Positions 48,523 through 61,511 of a DNA stretch of 64,000 nucleotides are shown in pieces. The notes under the pieces were generated by a model. That model was not told where the DNA came from. It worked only from the letters and a program-made list of their open reading frames with translations, and made no database searches. The stretch spans positions 1-64,000 of the forward strand of contig RSEE01000148.1 in assembly GCA_003971905.1 (NCBI GenBank), written 5' to 3'. The stretch comes from Moniliella sp. 'wahieum' (lineage: Eukaryota). Within the stretch, counting starts at the first letter, position 1; every line of letters starts with the position of its first letter. The translations under genes were made by a program, and so were the position numbers.

Positions 48523-50260
48523 ATGGGCGCGCCGTGGCTCCCACTCGCCGTCTGGGCGTTCCTCGCGCTCCTCGCCGCCACCGCCACCGCCATCTCCACC
48601 ACCGCCAGCCGCGTCGTCGACGTTTCCGCCACGACGTTTGCGTCTCTCGTGCTGGGCGTGCGCAAACCCACGCTGGTTGCCTTCACTGCGCCCTGGTGTC
48701 CCCACTGCGTCCAGCTCCACGACGCATTCGATGGTGCGCCGCCTTTCTCCCATGGCCTTCCCCCTGCCCCACTGCTGACCCTGTGATGCGCCCCCGAAAC
48801 CCTCGCACACCAGATGCCGCTGCCGAGCTGGACGGGACTGTCCGGCTGGCCCGGGTCGACTGTGGCGCAGAGGAAAACGTACCGCTGTGCGTCCAGCATC
48901 ACATCCACGCTTTCCCCACCCTCGTCATGTTCCCCGCGACCAACGCCGCCTGGGCAAGCTGTACCTCGGCGAGCACACCACCGACGCGCTGGTCACGTAC
49001 GCCTTGTCTGAACTGCCTACGAAACATGTGCGCAAGTTGGCTGCTGATCAGGTCCAGCCCTTTGTCCATTCGGTACATCCCTTCCTGCTTCTGTGGTGCT
49101 GTTGCGCTGTGCTGTGCTAGGTTTTTGTGTGGCTAACGTTTCCCATTGAATGTGCACCAGAACGAGGCCAAGGTCCTGCTCTTGACTTCCAAACCTGCCT
49201 CTCCTGCCGTGTACAAGTCCCTCGCACTCGACTTTGTTGATCGGCTCGCATTTGCCTCGGCACGCACTACCCGTCCCGACGTCCAAACTGCCTTGGCAAA
49301 CGTCCACCTCCCCGTCCCATCCGAATCGGTAGGAACGGGTACCGTACTCTTCCTCCCGCCTCGCACCCCCCACAGCACAGATCAAGACAGAGATCATGCC
49401 CAGATCAAGACCGAGATCAAGACCACAACCAAGATCAAGATCAAGATCAAGATCAACAAGGGTAGGAAGAATGTACACTGGTCCGATCGCTATGACCCGC
49501 TGTACGCATGGTTGGACGCGCGTGCGCCTATGCCGACACAACGTGCACAGGATACGCATACGCCCCCTCCCGACCCGCACCTGGGTTCCGCTAGCGCTGC
49601 CTCCCCCCCGATCCGTTCCGGTTCCGAGGGCGAGGAGGTGAACGTGCGCGACACTGATGCCCCAGTTCCGATTCCGCACGACCAGCCGCCCTCGGCCCTC
49701 CCGGCGGGAGAGGTAGGGCGGGAGGAAGCTAAGTTGAGCGCGTTGTTTGCCCAGGCACTCAAGGGCAGCACGGGCGAGACGGGCGGGGCGCAGCGCGTGT
49801 TAGCTGCTCTAGCACGAGGTGACGCAGTTGATCGTACGGCCTTGGACTTGGACTTGGACTTGGACTTGGACTTGCTTGCCGATCCTCTGGCTGGCTTGTC
49901 TGCTGACGAACAGAGGGGCATCGACGAGTCTATGCGTGCAGTTCGAGATGCGAGGCGTGCGGCGCAATCGGCCGAGCCAGAGACGTTGGATGCCCAGCTG
50001 GAAAAGGCGACGCAGTGGTTGATGGATGCTGTGGCGCTGGATACGTATATGGCCGAAGAACATCCCACCATGTTGGATGCCAACCAGCGCGCCTTGCTCG
50101 ATCAGGCTCAGGCGGTGCTACGCCGTCGAAAACAGTTGCTTGCCAACAAGAACAAGAACAAAAGCAAAAGCAAAACAAAAACAAAAACAAAAACAACATC
50201 AAGAACAAGAACAACGAAGGCAAACAAGCGGCAGGACATGGTGCACATGATGACTTGTAA
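48523..50260 (+). CDS. ER protein disulfide isomerase-family protein (single active Trx domain, MPD1-like)
   Basis: Signal peptide; VAFTAPWCPHC; VDC; FPTL; second Trx-like segment; ends ...GAHDDL* after one frameshift in an A-rich repeat. Introns ~48734-48813 and ~49072-49160. Confidence 0.85.
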
Positions 50261-50769
50261 TCGAACCAGTACGCAGACTACTACTGGCTGGGTGCTGCGT
50301 GTCTGGAATGGAATGGGATGCAATACAATTATGCAATGCAATGCAAGTCGGATACTTTGGAAAGTCGAAAAGACCGCCGCCACGATGCTCTCTCCACCGA
50401 TGGGTCGAGGCCACCAAATCCTCGTACTGGGGATCCATGCCTAAGTCTTTGCCGAGGGTAGCAGTATAATACCAACGTTCGGGATTGCATCTCGAAGCGA
50501 AGGCTCGCGTAGCTGGACGTTTGGATGTGGGTGGGTGAAGGCCATCGGGGAGGCGCTTGGAGCGTGGAGGTGTGCGAGGTGTGCGATGTTGCCGGCACTG
50601 CCGAGTAGGATGGAATGCGTATACTGATCGATGATCGTCCATGTTCGATCGTCTCCCAGTTGTTCGACCTCGCAGGCGGGGGGCTCACGCCTCATCCGCA
50701 GCTTCTCAGTGCTCCCGAGCGGAGCGGGGATCAGAGTCACGGGGCGCCGCGGCACTGTCCCCGACTTGT

Positions 50770-50825
50770 CTGTCACATGTCTGTCACATGACTGTCACAT
50801 GACTGTCACATGACTGTCACATGAC
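50770..50825. repeat. 11-bp tandem repeat CTGTCACATGA x5 upstream of the lipase
   Basis: Read directly. Confidence 0.95.
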
Positions 50826-51125
50826 CTGCGCCCTGGCTGTCAGACAGCTCGGCGAGGGTGTTTATGGCGGTGTCGTCGGCGGGGCATCGGAGGGTGGGGA
50901 GGCGAGGGCGGGGAGCAGCTGGACTGTGTTTGGCGTGTCCCTTGCATTCCATCTTATACAAGAGTTCCCCTCCCGCAGCTCCTTGGGACCGCAGACTGGG
51001 AAGAGAATTACGAAACAGAGAAGAGCGGCGCAATAACATCTCCGTATATATTCCGTCTCGCCCACGGATGGCTGCAAACGTGTGCAGCTGGCCCACCCCC
51101 ACGCTCTTTCCCTCGCCACGCCACG

Positions 51126-52721
51126 ATGAAGACGGTCCGCCATCTGCTCGCCGCCTCGCTCGCCGTGCTGGCCACTGCCGCCGCCCTGGTCGCCCTGCCC
51201 GCCGCCGCCCATCGCGCCCATCTCCTGCCGCCCGACCGCGACCCGTTCTACACCGCGCCCGCCAACCTCTCCCAGTACCAGCCCGGCCAGATCATTTCCT
51301 CCCGCCCCGTCACGCCGCCAACCATCCGAGCACACGCCGTCGACGGCGTCGTCCAGGTCCTCTACCGCACCGTCAACACCCAGGGCCAGCCGTCAGCCAC
51401 CGTCGCCACCGTCTTCACCCCCAAGACGCCCGCCCGCAATGCCTCCATTCTGTCCCTCCAAGTCTTCGAGGACAGCAGCAACTTCAACTGTGCCCCCAGT
51501 TACGCCCTGCTGGCAGGATTTTTCGGCCCGAATTGGGCCTCAGTGTCGTTCGACACCCCCATTATTGCCAAGTGGGCGCTCAACCAGGGGTACTACGTTG
51601 TGATTCCCGATCACGAGGGTCCCAACTCTGGCTTCATTGCCGGGTGGGAAGAAGGACAAGCTGGCCTCGATGGTATCCGTGCCGCCCTCTCTTCCACCCA
51701 CTTGCCCGCCAACACCACCAAAGTGGCCCTGTATGGGTACTCGGGAGGTGCCCATGCCACCGCTTGGATGGCCAATCTCGCCCCCACGTACGCCCCCGAA
51801 CTGAATGTTGTCGGAGCCGCTCACGGTGGCACTCCCGTCGACTTGGCCTCCATGGTACGTCCACACTGTGTCCCTCCACCTCATTCTGTGTGCCAAACCC
51901 ATGATCCTGACCCCTATATCTCTCCCCATCGCACTTTTGCAGATCAACTTTTTGCAGGGCACGTTCCACTCTGGGTTTGTCGCCGACGGCCTGGCAGGTG
52001 TGTTTAACGTGTACCCTGACTTGAACCAAGTGCTTCAGAACTGCCACCATTGGGTGCAGCAAGCTGTCTCTTTCATGCGCAAAGACGGCACCTGTGTCAT
52101 AGAGGCCGTGTCGCACTACCGCCACCAAACCTTTACCAACAAGTGCAATTTCGGGAAACAGTACGACTTCTTCACCTACCCTCCGCTCGCTACCGTCTTT
52201 GGTGCCGAATCCTTGCTCTCCAATGTCTCTACTAAGGGCGTCAACGTGCCCAAGTTCCCTCGACTCATGTGGCACGCCCGGCACGACACTACCGTTCCGT
52301 TTGCTCCGGCGCAGCAGTACGTCACGGAACAATGTCAGGCTGGGGCTAACATCCAGTTTGCCACCCTCGAATTCGGCGACCACGTACGTATTTCTTTCCT
52401 TCCCTCCTGCTGTCCCTCCATGGTGGCATCCATGTCATCATCATTGTCTTCATTGCCATCGACCATCGTGGGACTGGGTTCTAACCACCTGTTTTGCTAT
52501 GTACTGCAGATCCTGGCCGACCTTGTGGGTACGCCAGGAGGATTGCACTTTATCCGACAGGCGTTCGAGGGTACCACCCCGCGCGTGGAGTGTGGTACGA
52601 CAACCAACTTCCTTACTTGGACGCGGACAACGTCGACCACGTTATCGGCCGCCACACGGCCAACGCCTTGCGCCACCTCAAGGGTTCCACCCTGTTGAAC
52701 TCTCTCCGTGAGACAGCGTGA
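51126..52721 (+). CDS. Secretory lipase (LIP family, CalA-like)
   Basis: Signal peptide; DPFYTAP; VIPDHEGP; LDGIRA; GYSGG nucleophile; YAPELN. Introns 51855-51942 and 52384-52509. Confidence 0.93.
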
Positions 52722-53366
52722 AGTGCGGTGTTGCGGGAAGAGGCTTTGGCTTGATTGCTATATACCAAGTATGCTTGGTACTAAAAGTATGGTATTACAT
52801 GATGGTTTTACCCTTTTTATACTATGCTCTGCTTCATATGTGTGCGACGTCTAGGAGTGTTACGTGGTACAGGTGGCTACCCCTCGTGTACGACGTGTGG
52901 CCGGACGCGTAGTTTCTTCCCGTTTTGATATCTGTTCACACCCCGTTTCCTGGAATATTATCACCAAAAACACAAATGTCACACAGGCGTGCGATCAAGG
53001 TGCCTCTGTTGTGCGCGATTATATCCTCGGTCTCTTCTGTCACTGTGTGGGTATGGACTTGCTGCGCACGGATAGGCTGGTATCGGCATGCGTTCTGGTC
53101 AGGGTACGTTGTCTACCTCCATCCCCTTATAGCAATACGATGCGAATACTCAAGTTGTGGTTCCATCTTGTTAGTATATGGGCCAGCAGGGGGACCAACA
53201 ACGAGAAACGGGAGAGGCAAAAGCCCATCCCCATCAACAGAGGTTATGATAAGAACCAGCCCAGCCCATGCATACTATTGTGCGCGTCGCACATTTTATC
53301 AATAGAGAGAAGTGAGCTTATTGTTCATATGTTCCAGCAATGCAGGGACAGCGCAATCCCACAGGT

Positions 53367-55271
53367 TTAGAAATAAACAGCTGCCATTCCTCCGAACACG
53401 GCCAGAAGAAGGACGACGGGAGGGGAGAAAGCAGAGGCTGTCACCGAGCCAGAACTGGTAGATGAACTTACCGGGACAGCACTGCTCGAGTGGTAGGCGG
53501 AAGCGGAAGCACTGGCGCTAGCTGCCGCAGCCGAAACGTACGTTGCCGAGGTGACAGGGCTGATAGCTGATGAACTTCTCGGACCGACGCTACTGCCGGA
53601 AGGGTACGCGGAAGCCGAAGCGGACGCACTGGCAGTTTCTGTGTCCTCATCCCAGTCGTACGGTGGCGATATGGCTGTCGCCACGCCGCCCGTGCCCGAG
53701 GCGATGGGGTTAGAGAAATCGGTGGCCCAAAAGATCCCGGTTCCTGTGGCCATAGGCGTACTTTGGAAGTAGTCGGTCGAGATGCTCAGCTTGTGCGACA
53801 CGGTCAGCTCGGTAGCCGTGACGAGCGGTACAGTCGTTTGAGCCGTTTGCGCCGCCGTGGTGCCGGACTGAAGTGCAGCGAGACCGACTTGCGCTTTGCC
53901 CTGCTCGTTCTTCCGGAACGCAGTAAAGTACGACTTGAGGAACGCATCACCCAAGATCACCATGGGAAAGGCGCTGCCCGTCACGATCCGCAGGTCATAC
54001 ACCGCCCCCATACATTGGGTCCCGGCCTGGTCCGCAGGACCATGGGTCAAGTCGATCGGATCAACTGCGTACTCCTTCCCGCCTAGCGTCAGGGACAGCG
54101 TAACGTTCGTGTCACATGGGATCGTGTACATCCCATTCCGCGCGTCGTCCTTGTAGTACCCAGAACCGGGAATCGCATCGTATACAGCGCTGACCATGTC
54201 AGTCGCCATGCCGATCAGTGTGGTGCCTGTTACACAGGGGGGGCAACTAACGCGTCAGATCTGTACTATGATCGCCAGTAGAGAGCACACGTACCTGTAT
54301 CAACAACGGCAGAGATGTTGCTGTACTGCTGTTTGTCGCCCATCGTCGTGACTTCGTCCAGCGGCACAGCCCAGTAGTTACCAGAGTTTGGCGGAACATC
54401 CATCCACGCGACCTCGCCCGAGTACTGGTCCGAGTCCAACTGCCCCAGGGTGAAAATACCTCCTGGAACCTGGTCAGTGGCGTTGCGTGGATCGCGGTTG
54501 CGCGCCAGCTGGAACGAAAAGACAGGTTCGATGGCGTGGAGTTTGCTCAGTACTTGCCAAAAGGGCGTGATGCCCATACTACTCAGTTCCTGCAGACCCA
54601 TGCCCATGAGCCCCGCTGCAGGTGCGTTGATCGGGTGGTCGTACAACGAAGTGGCCAGTCCAAACGATAACTTATCCACCTTGTGCGCCCGCCCAACGAG
54701 ACGCTGTCCGAAACCAGCGTACCTTCTGCCTGCCCAACGCCATACGCCACCGTGAACGGCTGGTCGGAAATTTGGAACGTCTCCGACACGTTGGTAGAGA
54801 ACTTGGGAAGGTCGTTGCACCACCCACCCCAACACTGGTCACTTACGATCCACATGTCCGAACTGCCCGTGTCAAGCACAACCGGCAACGTTTGCCCGGG
54901 CGTGCCGACAGTCACGGGCGCATAGTAGAACCGGTCCCGCCCCACGGCCGTCAAGGCTTCTTTCTGGCGCTTGCTGAGGCCGGGCTTAGACTTGTTGGCT
55001 CCGCTGGCACTGGCCTTCGCGCTACTATTATTAGGCGAGTCGCTCAGCGCGTATTTCGCACGCAAATAAGCCACTTCCGCCTCGGTTCGCAACCCCGTAT
55101 CCTCCCAAGACGTCAGACCACGCTTCTTGGTCCATTCGCCTTCGTGACGATACAGCGGCACAGTCAAACGCTTGATGGGAGCCGGACCCAACTCGCCGGC
55201 CATAGGCAACGCGTTCACCCCGACTCGGTCACCAGGCACAGCGCTAGAGCAATGGGGAAAAGGGTGCGCAT
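53367..55271 (-). CDS. Pepsin-family (A1) aspartic protease, probably GPI-anchored
   Basis: Signal MRTLFPIALALCLV; LDTGSSD and VDTG|TTLI (intron 54227-54294); ILGDAFL; Ser/Ala-rich stalk and hydrophobic C-terminus. TATA-like element near 55430. Confidence 0.92.
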
Positions 55272-56896
55272 AGTAGGTCGTCTGTTGATGGGACCGGCAG
55301 TGGAGTGTGCTTGGGATCTGTGAGAGGGAGAGGAAGCAATACAAACTAAAGCTCTTCGCAAGCGTGCTGGTAGTAGTGAGAGGATCTCGTCAAAATGTCT
55401 TTTCCCTTTGCAGCGCGTATCCTGCTTTATATCTTTTTGGCTCCATCGCCCTCAGCAGTCGGTAAGTCTTGTGCCCTCTAGGGCCTAGGTCTACTCCCGA
55501 TGGTTCAAGGCGCGGGTGTTGCGGACGGTTCACATGTTCACAGGGCTCAGCCTGAGCCTCGTGCCCCTCATGCTCATGCCTCAGGCCGCAAGACAGAGCC
55601 ACTGTGATGTGTCCGTCAGAGAAGGAACAGCTGGGCCAGTGGCAACGGCTGCGGAGATGAGCGCCGTCGCGTCCGCCCATGTGCATCAGGCCTCAGGCCT
55701 CAGGGGCCTCGGAATACTTCTCTCAGACCTCAGACTTTCAGACCTGAGACTGAGATCTCAGGCCGCGTCGTGCACCCTGCTAGGACGTGCGACGGGGACG
55801 ATGCTCGCACGCGGTGACGCGGACCGAGACCTATGACAAAGACGTGTGTGGTGGTGCGAAGGTCTGAGCGTGGGTGCGGCCTAGGATGCAGCAGGGGATC
55901 TTCGGACCCTGCGCCGCGCACACCCTGTGAGCTTCCTCGTGCATGATGCATCATGCATTATGCATTATGGTTTATCGAGTGCCGAGCCAAATACCCCACA
56001 GAAGGTGTCTTATGCTCCCCCCAAGCCCAGGACTAGCGGTGCCAGTCTTGGCATTCTCCGCAGCAGCCGTGGTGGCAAGGGCGAGCTCAGACTGAGCATT
56101 GCCACTGGCGATAGACGATAGACTACAACAGCAATAGCTCTAGTGGCTAGTGGCCAGGGTTGTATAAGTTTCCATGTACAAGTGACAATCACCAAACTAC
56201 TTGGGAGGTTAGATATTAAGAGTAGGCCAGCGTCTGAGGCGCTGAGGTCCCTCAGATCTCAGATCTCCGACTGGGTACTGAATACCGGAGTACTGAGTTC
56301 CTGAGTGTATAGCTCGAGCAGGGTGCGCGCTGAGCCGGGGTGCCTTGCCGTACATCCCTTTTGGGAGGTCGGAACGGTCGAGACTAAGGTACTCAGTACT
56401 ACATGTCACAGCCGTTTTTGTGCTTGGGCTTTTATCGATATCAGTCGTGGATCCGAGCTTAGCCATAATAGGAGAGGGTCCTACGTTCTCGCGGCGTCCG
56501 CATAGTATAGAGGCGGTGGCTTCGGGGGCTATGCATTGAAGCTGCGTAGCTTGCGGTGACACCCATATGCGCTTATGGGGCTGAGCTGAGCCTCAGCCGT
56601 CAGGCTGGCGTGTCTCAATTGACGTTCGGAACGGGAATGGCAGAAAAGAGGCAGCGAGGGGCACACATATGTGGCCCTCGGGCCTCTGGCTATAGCTGTG
56701 GGCTCTTCAAGGCGAGGACAGTAGAATGAGAGGAAGCGGTAGTGAGAAGAAGTGATGAAGAAGGGGTGAGGAAGGAGCGAAAACAGAGGGTGGAGGAAGG
56801 AGGGAGGAGGGAGGAATGAAAAAGATGTCAGAGAGAGCATTCTTCATTTGAAGATCCTCTCTCCGTGACGGATGCAATTTCCCTACTAATGCCAAT

Positions 56897-59800
56897 TCAC
56901 ACCAGCCCAGTGTCTTGCAAGCACGCCAGTGCCGGTCTCGTCTTCTCGTCCAAACTGCCGCGCGGCTCGAGCTGCAACGACCGGTGGTACAGGTCCCCCA
57001 GGGGCTCCTTCGTCGCTGGCTCATCGCATCGCGAATGTGCTTTTGAATGCTAGGCACGGGAACGAGGTTGAAGCTGTAAATCATATGATGTGTGGTCCCG
57101 ACCGTAACCGAACACATGATGATACATGACATGGACATGTGACAAATGAGGACAGCCGATCCCAAATGTATGATCGGGGAGTTAGTACAAACATATATAG
57201 GGTGTCACATGTGAACGCGCCAGGAACTAAAGGAGGCTGCATCCAAAAGGGGACAAGGAAACGGTGGGACGTACGGTGTGGTTTGGTACATTTGGATCTG
57301 CTTGATCACCTCGGCCGTCTTGTGACGTTTGGAAAAGTTGATCAGGTGAGTGTCGGGGAGAAAGTCGGGGTTGCCCTCTTGGAGAAACACAAGGTCGGTC
57401 AGGTAGACCCCCAAGAACGGGATGCACGGCGGAGAGAAGGTACGGATGGTGTGTCGGTACTGAGCAAAGTTGTTGGTGGGCGCGATGAGGGGGGCGGATG
57501 GTCAAGCTCAAGATGACGGCCTGAGGACTTGGAACGAGTATGAGTACGAGCACGCACCAGTTCCCACGTGGTGCGCAGCCGCGCAATGGGAGACAAGCTT
57601 AGCGCACTGACGATCGTCGCCATGCTCGCCAAGTTGTGCAAGTACAGCGCATGTGACCCGATCTTACTCCAATGGAGCATGCCGCGCGTCGATGTGCATC
57701 GTAGGGAGCCAACACCTCGGTACAGATCCACGTCGTGAGCGCATTGCTCAGAGCTATCACGCCTCTAATCCCAGGCGCCTTGACTGCGCCCTCGGCACCT
57801 GACCACGCCTGCCCCCCAACACTCCCCCGGCCGAATCTGACCAAACGCCTCGCTCTCCAGCACGGTCAGCTGGCGCGCCACTTCCACCGGGTCCAGGTCC
57901 AGCAGGCTCATTCGCCCCGCGTGGCGCGGCAAGATCGGGATGGGCTGTGGGGCCGTCGCGCCCACCAGCCGGGCGCAGGCGGGATGGATGCGCTTGCTCC
58001 CATCTGGGTCCTCGACACACGTCCTAAGCAACCGCAACAGTTGAGCGGTAGCCAATTGCATACCGGGCGCAGAGGCTAGTTCGCCATGGGCAAAGGCGTA
58101 AAGTAGCGGGTACATCCCCGTGTCCGTGCGCGCATCCTGGTACGTTTCCAACCACGCTTTGAGCACGTTGATCACCCGCAGTTGAATCGGACGTTGTACC
58201 TGCTCCGTCCAGAGCTGTTGCATCTCTCTGTCGGCCGCCACAAGCTCAGCGGGCATCGAAACCCGGAACCGCCGGAACAGCATGTCCAGTAACGTCTCGC
58301 TCGTGGTAAAGGACCGGTAGGTGAGCAAAAAGCTATGGTTGAACGACGGGTCCAAGTGGTCGTGAAGCGTCAGACGCACCGTAAGCGATTCCAACGTACC
58401 GCCCTTGACGTGACCATCAGCGGACGTGAGGATCGTCTCGTGGGGAGAGAGGCCTGGGTCGCGCAACCTCGGGATAGGCTCCCTCGCCCCAGCCTGATGC
58501 GCCAGTGGCTGTAGCAACGTCACAATGGCAAATCGTAGAGGTGATGGTTGCTGGTGGGTGGGCAAGGCGCACTGCGCTTGTTGGCTGCAGTGTTGCGAAT
58601 GGGGATGTGTAAGTTGTTTGGAGCAGGCTGTGCACTCCCGAACCAAAGCTTTCTCTGTTGCAAAAGGTCCTTGGGGATGGCACAGCAAAAGAGAAAAAGA
58701 AAAACGGCGGGGGAGAGACAATGGCGAACTGATGCCAGATGAGGCTGATGAGTTTGATAAGCGGAGGGTGCGGACCAGTGGATGAAGGATTGGCAGGTGT
58801 GGTTGGATTGGGGCAGAGGAGACACTTCGTTTGGATTCGCTCGGATCCACTTGGTCTGCACGGCTCACGCGGGGGAATGTGGTGTGGTGTGACTGGGCCT
58901 TGGAATATTAAACTGTAGTTGTATAAGGGGAGGGGGGTTCGGAGCCTCCGCGAGGGCCAAGTGGAATATCCTATCTGCATCCCGGACCTTCCGAATGAGC
59001 GAGAGAGATGGAATCCATGGAATAAGTCAGGATCTTCGATCCAGCGGCCCGCGCTGGCTTTCGAACGATCGCAGTACACTAGCGGGACGGCACCCGGAAA
59101 ATGAGTGTGTAATACTATGGATAGTATTGTGGACGGCGTTGCGGATGGTGGTGGTGTAGGCAAAAGATGACTTACAATAAACGAATCCCTACTACGGAAC
59201 TCCTGTTGCCTCCCTCTCCCTTGAGAGCGCTCCATCAACTGCATGTGCACATCACGCAGTGTACATTCATATGACGGTCTCAAGCGCAACGCAGTCCACA
59301 AACAGCCGCTCATCGTGCGCTCTCCCCTTTTTTCCCGGCACAAAATGCCAACCGCTTCAAGCGGCAGCACGCCAGGGATTACTACAGAGAATCATTGCAA
59401 CTCAGAGGGATCATGTATGTTCTGACACCCCTCTTCCCGTCCTTCACTCCCTTTACTTTCTGCTATAGCCACTGCAACACGCGCTCTGCACTGTCCTCAT
59501 CGCGAACTTCGGACGGAAGAAATGGGAACACAGGCAACGAGGAGATGATCATTCAATCCCATCAACCAATTTATGGGAGGGAGAGCGTGACGTTGTTGAG
59601 ATGCGGACTAGTAGCGACGCGTAAGATCATAAGACGCTCTGACGTGGAGACACTGCCTCGTCTCTAAAGTACAGAAAGGCAAATCAGCGAGTGAGAATCA
59701 TGGAACGGGGTGAGCGAGAGGTAAGGGAGGGGGGAAAGGGATAGGCGCTGTCGTGAAGAGCGAAGTATAGGAATAAGCACTGGGGCAGGGGGTAATTAGT

Positions 59801-60737
59801 GAGCACGTGGCCTGCTGGTCTCTTTGGCAGTGCGGCAACTCCAATAGGATGTAGCCTTCACAACTCCTAATCAGGCCTCAGGCCAGACGCCGTCACAGAC
59901 GGGGGGCAAAACAGGTGGATACGATCAAGGCAAAAGAAGGGTGAAGAGTGAAGAGGCAGATGAGACTTGGCCCCGCGACAATGACCACCACACCCGCCTC
60001 CTTTCCCCCCTCTGATCCAGAGAAAAAAAGATACGCCGAGTCAGAGACAAAAGAGGTTATGTGCCTGATCAACAGGCGTGTTGGGGTTCAAGCAGCCAAT
60101 AACATGCCGGTGCCGACCGGAGGTGAAGGTGGAGGTGAAGGTGAAGGTAAGTATCGACGATTTCGGCGGTTTCGATGATTTGGAGGGCAGCGTGGCCGCG
60201 GGTAGGTTGTTGCTGTTGCTGACTGCCGCTCCATCCAAGTTGTTACAGCTGAATAAAAAGAACGCGAGGAAACAAGACATTAATGAAAGCATTCGCCACA
60301 TTACCAAGAGTCGTATTCACGTTGTCCAGCGGGATACCAATGGTGGGAAGCCCGGTTTCGTCCCTTACAGTTAACCTTACAAGCATTCTCTGTGCGTTGC
60401 GTGGGAGGCCAGGCACGCTCGAGAGACCCATCTGAGCAGATTCCAACTCCCATACATCCGCTTCGCACACTTGCACGTAGTTACTGGGAAACCATCCGCG
60501 CAGCACAGGCCCCGCACCCAACCGGATCCCGTCCCACCACCCCGAGTCGGCCGTCGACAGAACCTGCAGCAGATTGCCCCTGTTCAACGGAAGTTTCTCC
60601 GGTGCAGGGTCATAATAGTCGTACAGCACTCGGACGTAGATGGGATCAGCCAATGCGCTCACGTGCTCGTCCAATTGTACTTGCTCCTCCTCGTCTGGGT
60701 GGGCAGGGTCGGGGTCAGGGCCGTGGCGGCGGTTCAT
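56897..60737 (-). CDS. Cdc25-type Ras guanine-nucleotide exchange factor (SH3 + REM + RasGEF); middle exons unresolved
   Basis: SH3 YVRVLYDY...SGWWDG...RGWFPSNYV; REM VKGGTLESL, FLLTYRSF, LRVINVLKAW; GEF LDPVEVARQLT, GVYLTDLVFLQEGN, INFSKR. Intron 57074-57274, then ...LYHRSLQLEPR...*. Confidence 0.8.
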
Positions 60738-61511
60738 GTCGCGGTACAGGATGGGGTTCAGGCTGGGTCGGACGGGCGTGGGTCGAGGATTGGACAACAC
60801 GGGCGAGCCCTCTAGTGTACAAGGGAGAAGGGCTCGGGGATGGGTTTGGTGGATGGTGTGGATGGTGTGGAGGATGCAGAGGATGGGATGAAAACGCGTT
60901 GCACCGTGTGAGGGTACCTGAATAACGCTTTCCGCGCTGCTCACCGACCGCTCTGAGCGGGGGTTTATATCCACAGCGGCAAGTGGTGGATGAAAGCAAT
61001 CGGAAGGGCAAGTAGGGTAATTGCCACGGGCAGTAACATGTAACACCTTGCTTAAGCTCTCGCCAAGAGCATGCTTACATGTCAAAAGGGGCTGTGGTGG
61101 ATTGCGCTCGTTTGGCTGGATCCATTTTGGCTGCGCCGGGACGGATAAGTCGCAGCGGCGCTGAGCAAAGACGCTCACAATGCACATACGCCAGCCGCCT
61201 TGTGTGGCGAGTGTGGCGAGTGTGGTGGATAGTGGGCGTAGTGGGACGTAGTAGTGCGAGAGTAGGGAGGTGGATTTGGCTGCGCACGCCGAACGAAGCG
61301 GCGTCGCCAGCCGTACGCGACTTGTTTCTTTTTTTTTCGGCCGAGAGAGCGAGGGCGAAGGCAAGCAGCAACTAAATTGCAATTGGGTGCTTACCTACGC
61401 AGCTTCTGCTTCTTCTTCTACTCGGAAGGTAGCTTTTTTTGTGGGGGAACAACAACATCCGTGAGTTGGTTACAAACAATACCTCGCCTCGTCCGCTTCT
61501 CGCCGCTTCTG

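Noticed and set aside
22797..60737. cla4, HDAC, upa2 and RasGEF as a filamentation or polarity gene cluster
   Set aside because: They are interspersed with unrelated genes and share no visible regulatory signature; co-location is plausibly chance without synteny data.
58815..60960. Peptide RSVSSA occurring in two RasGEF-region ORFs
   Set aside because: The underlying codons are entirely different and the match is short and low-complexity.
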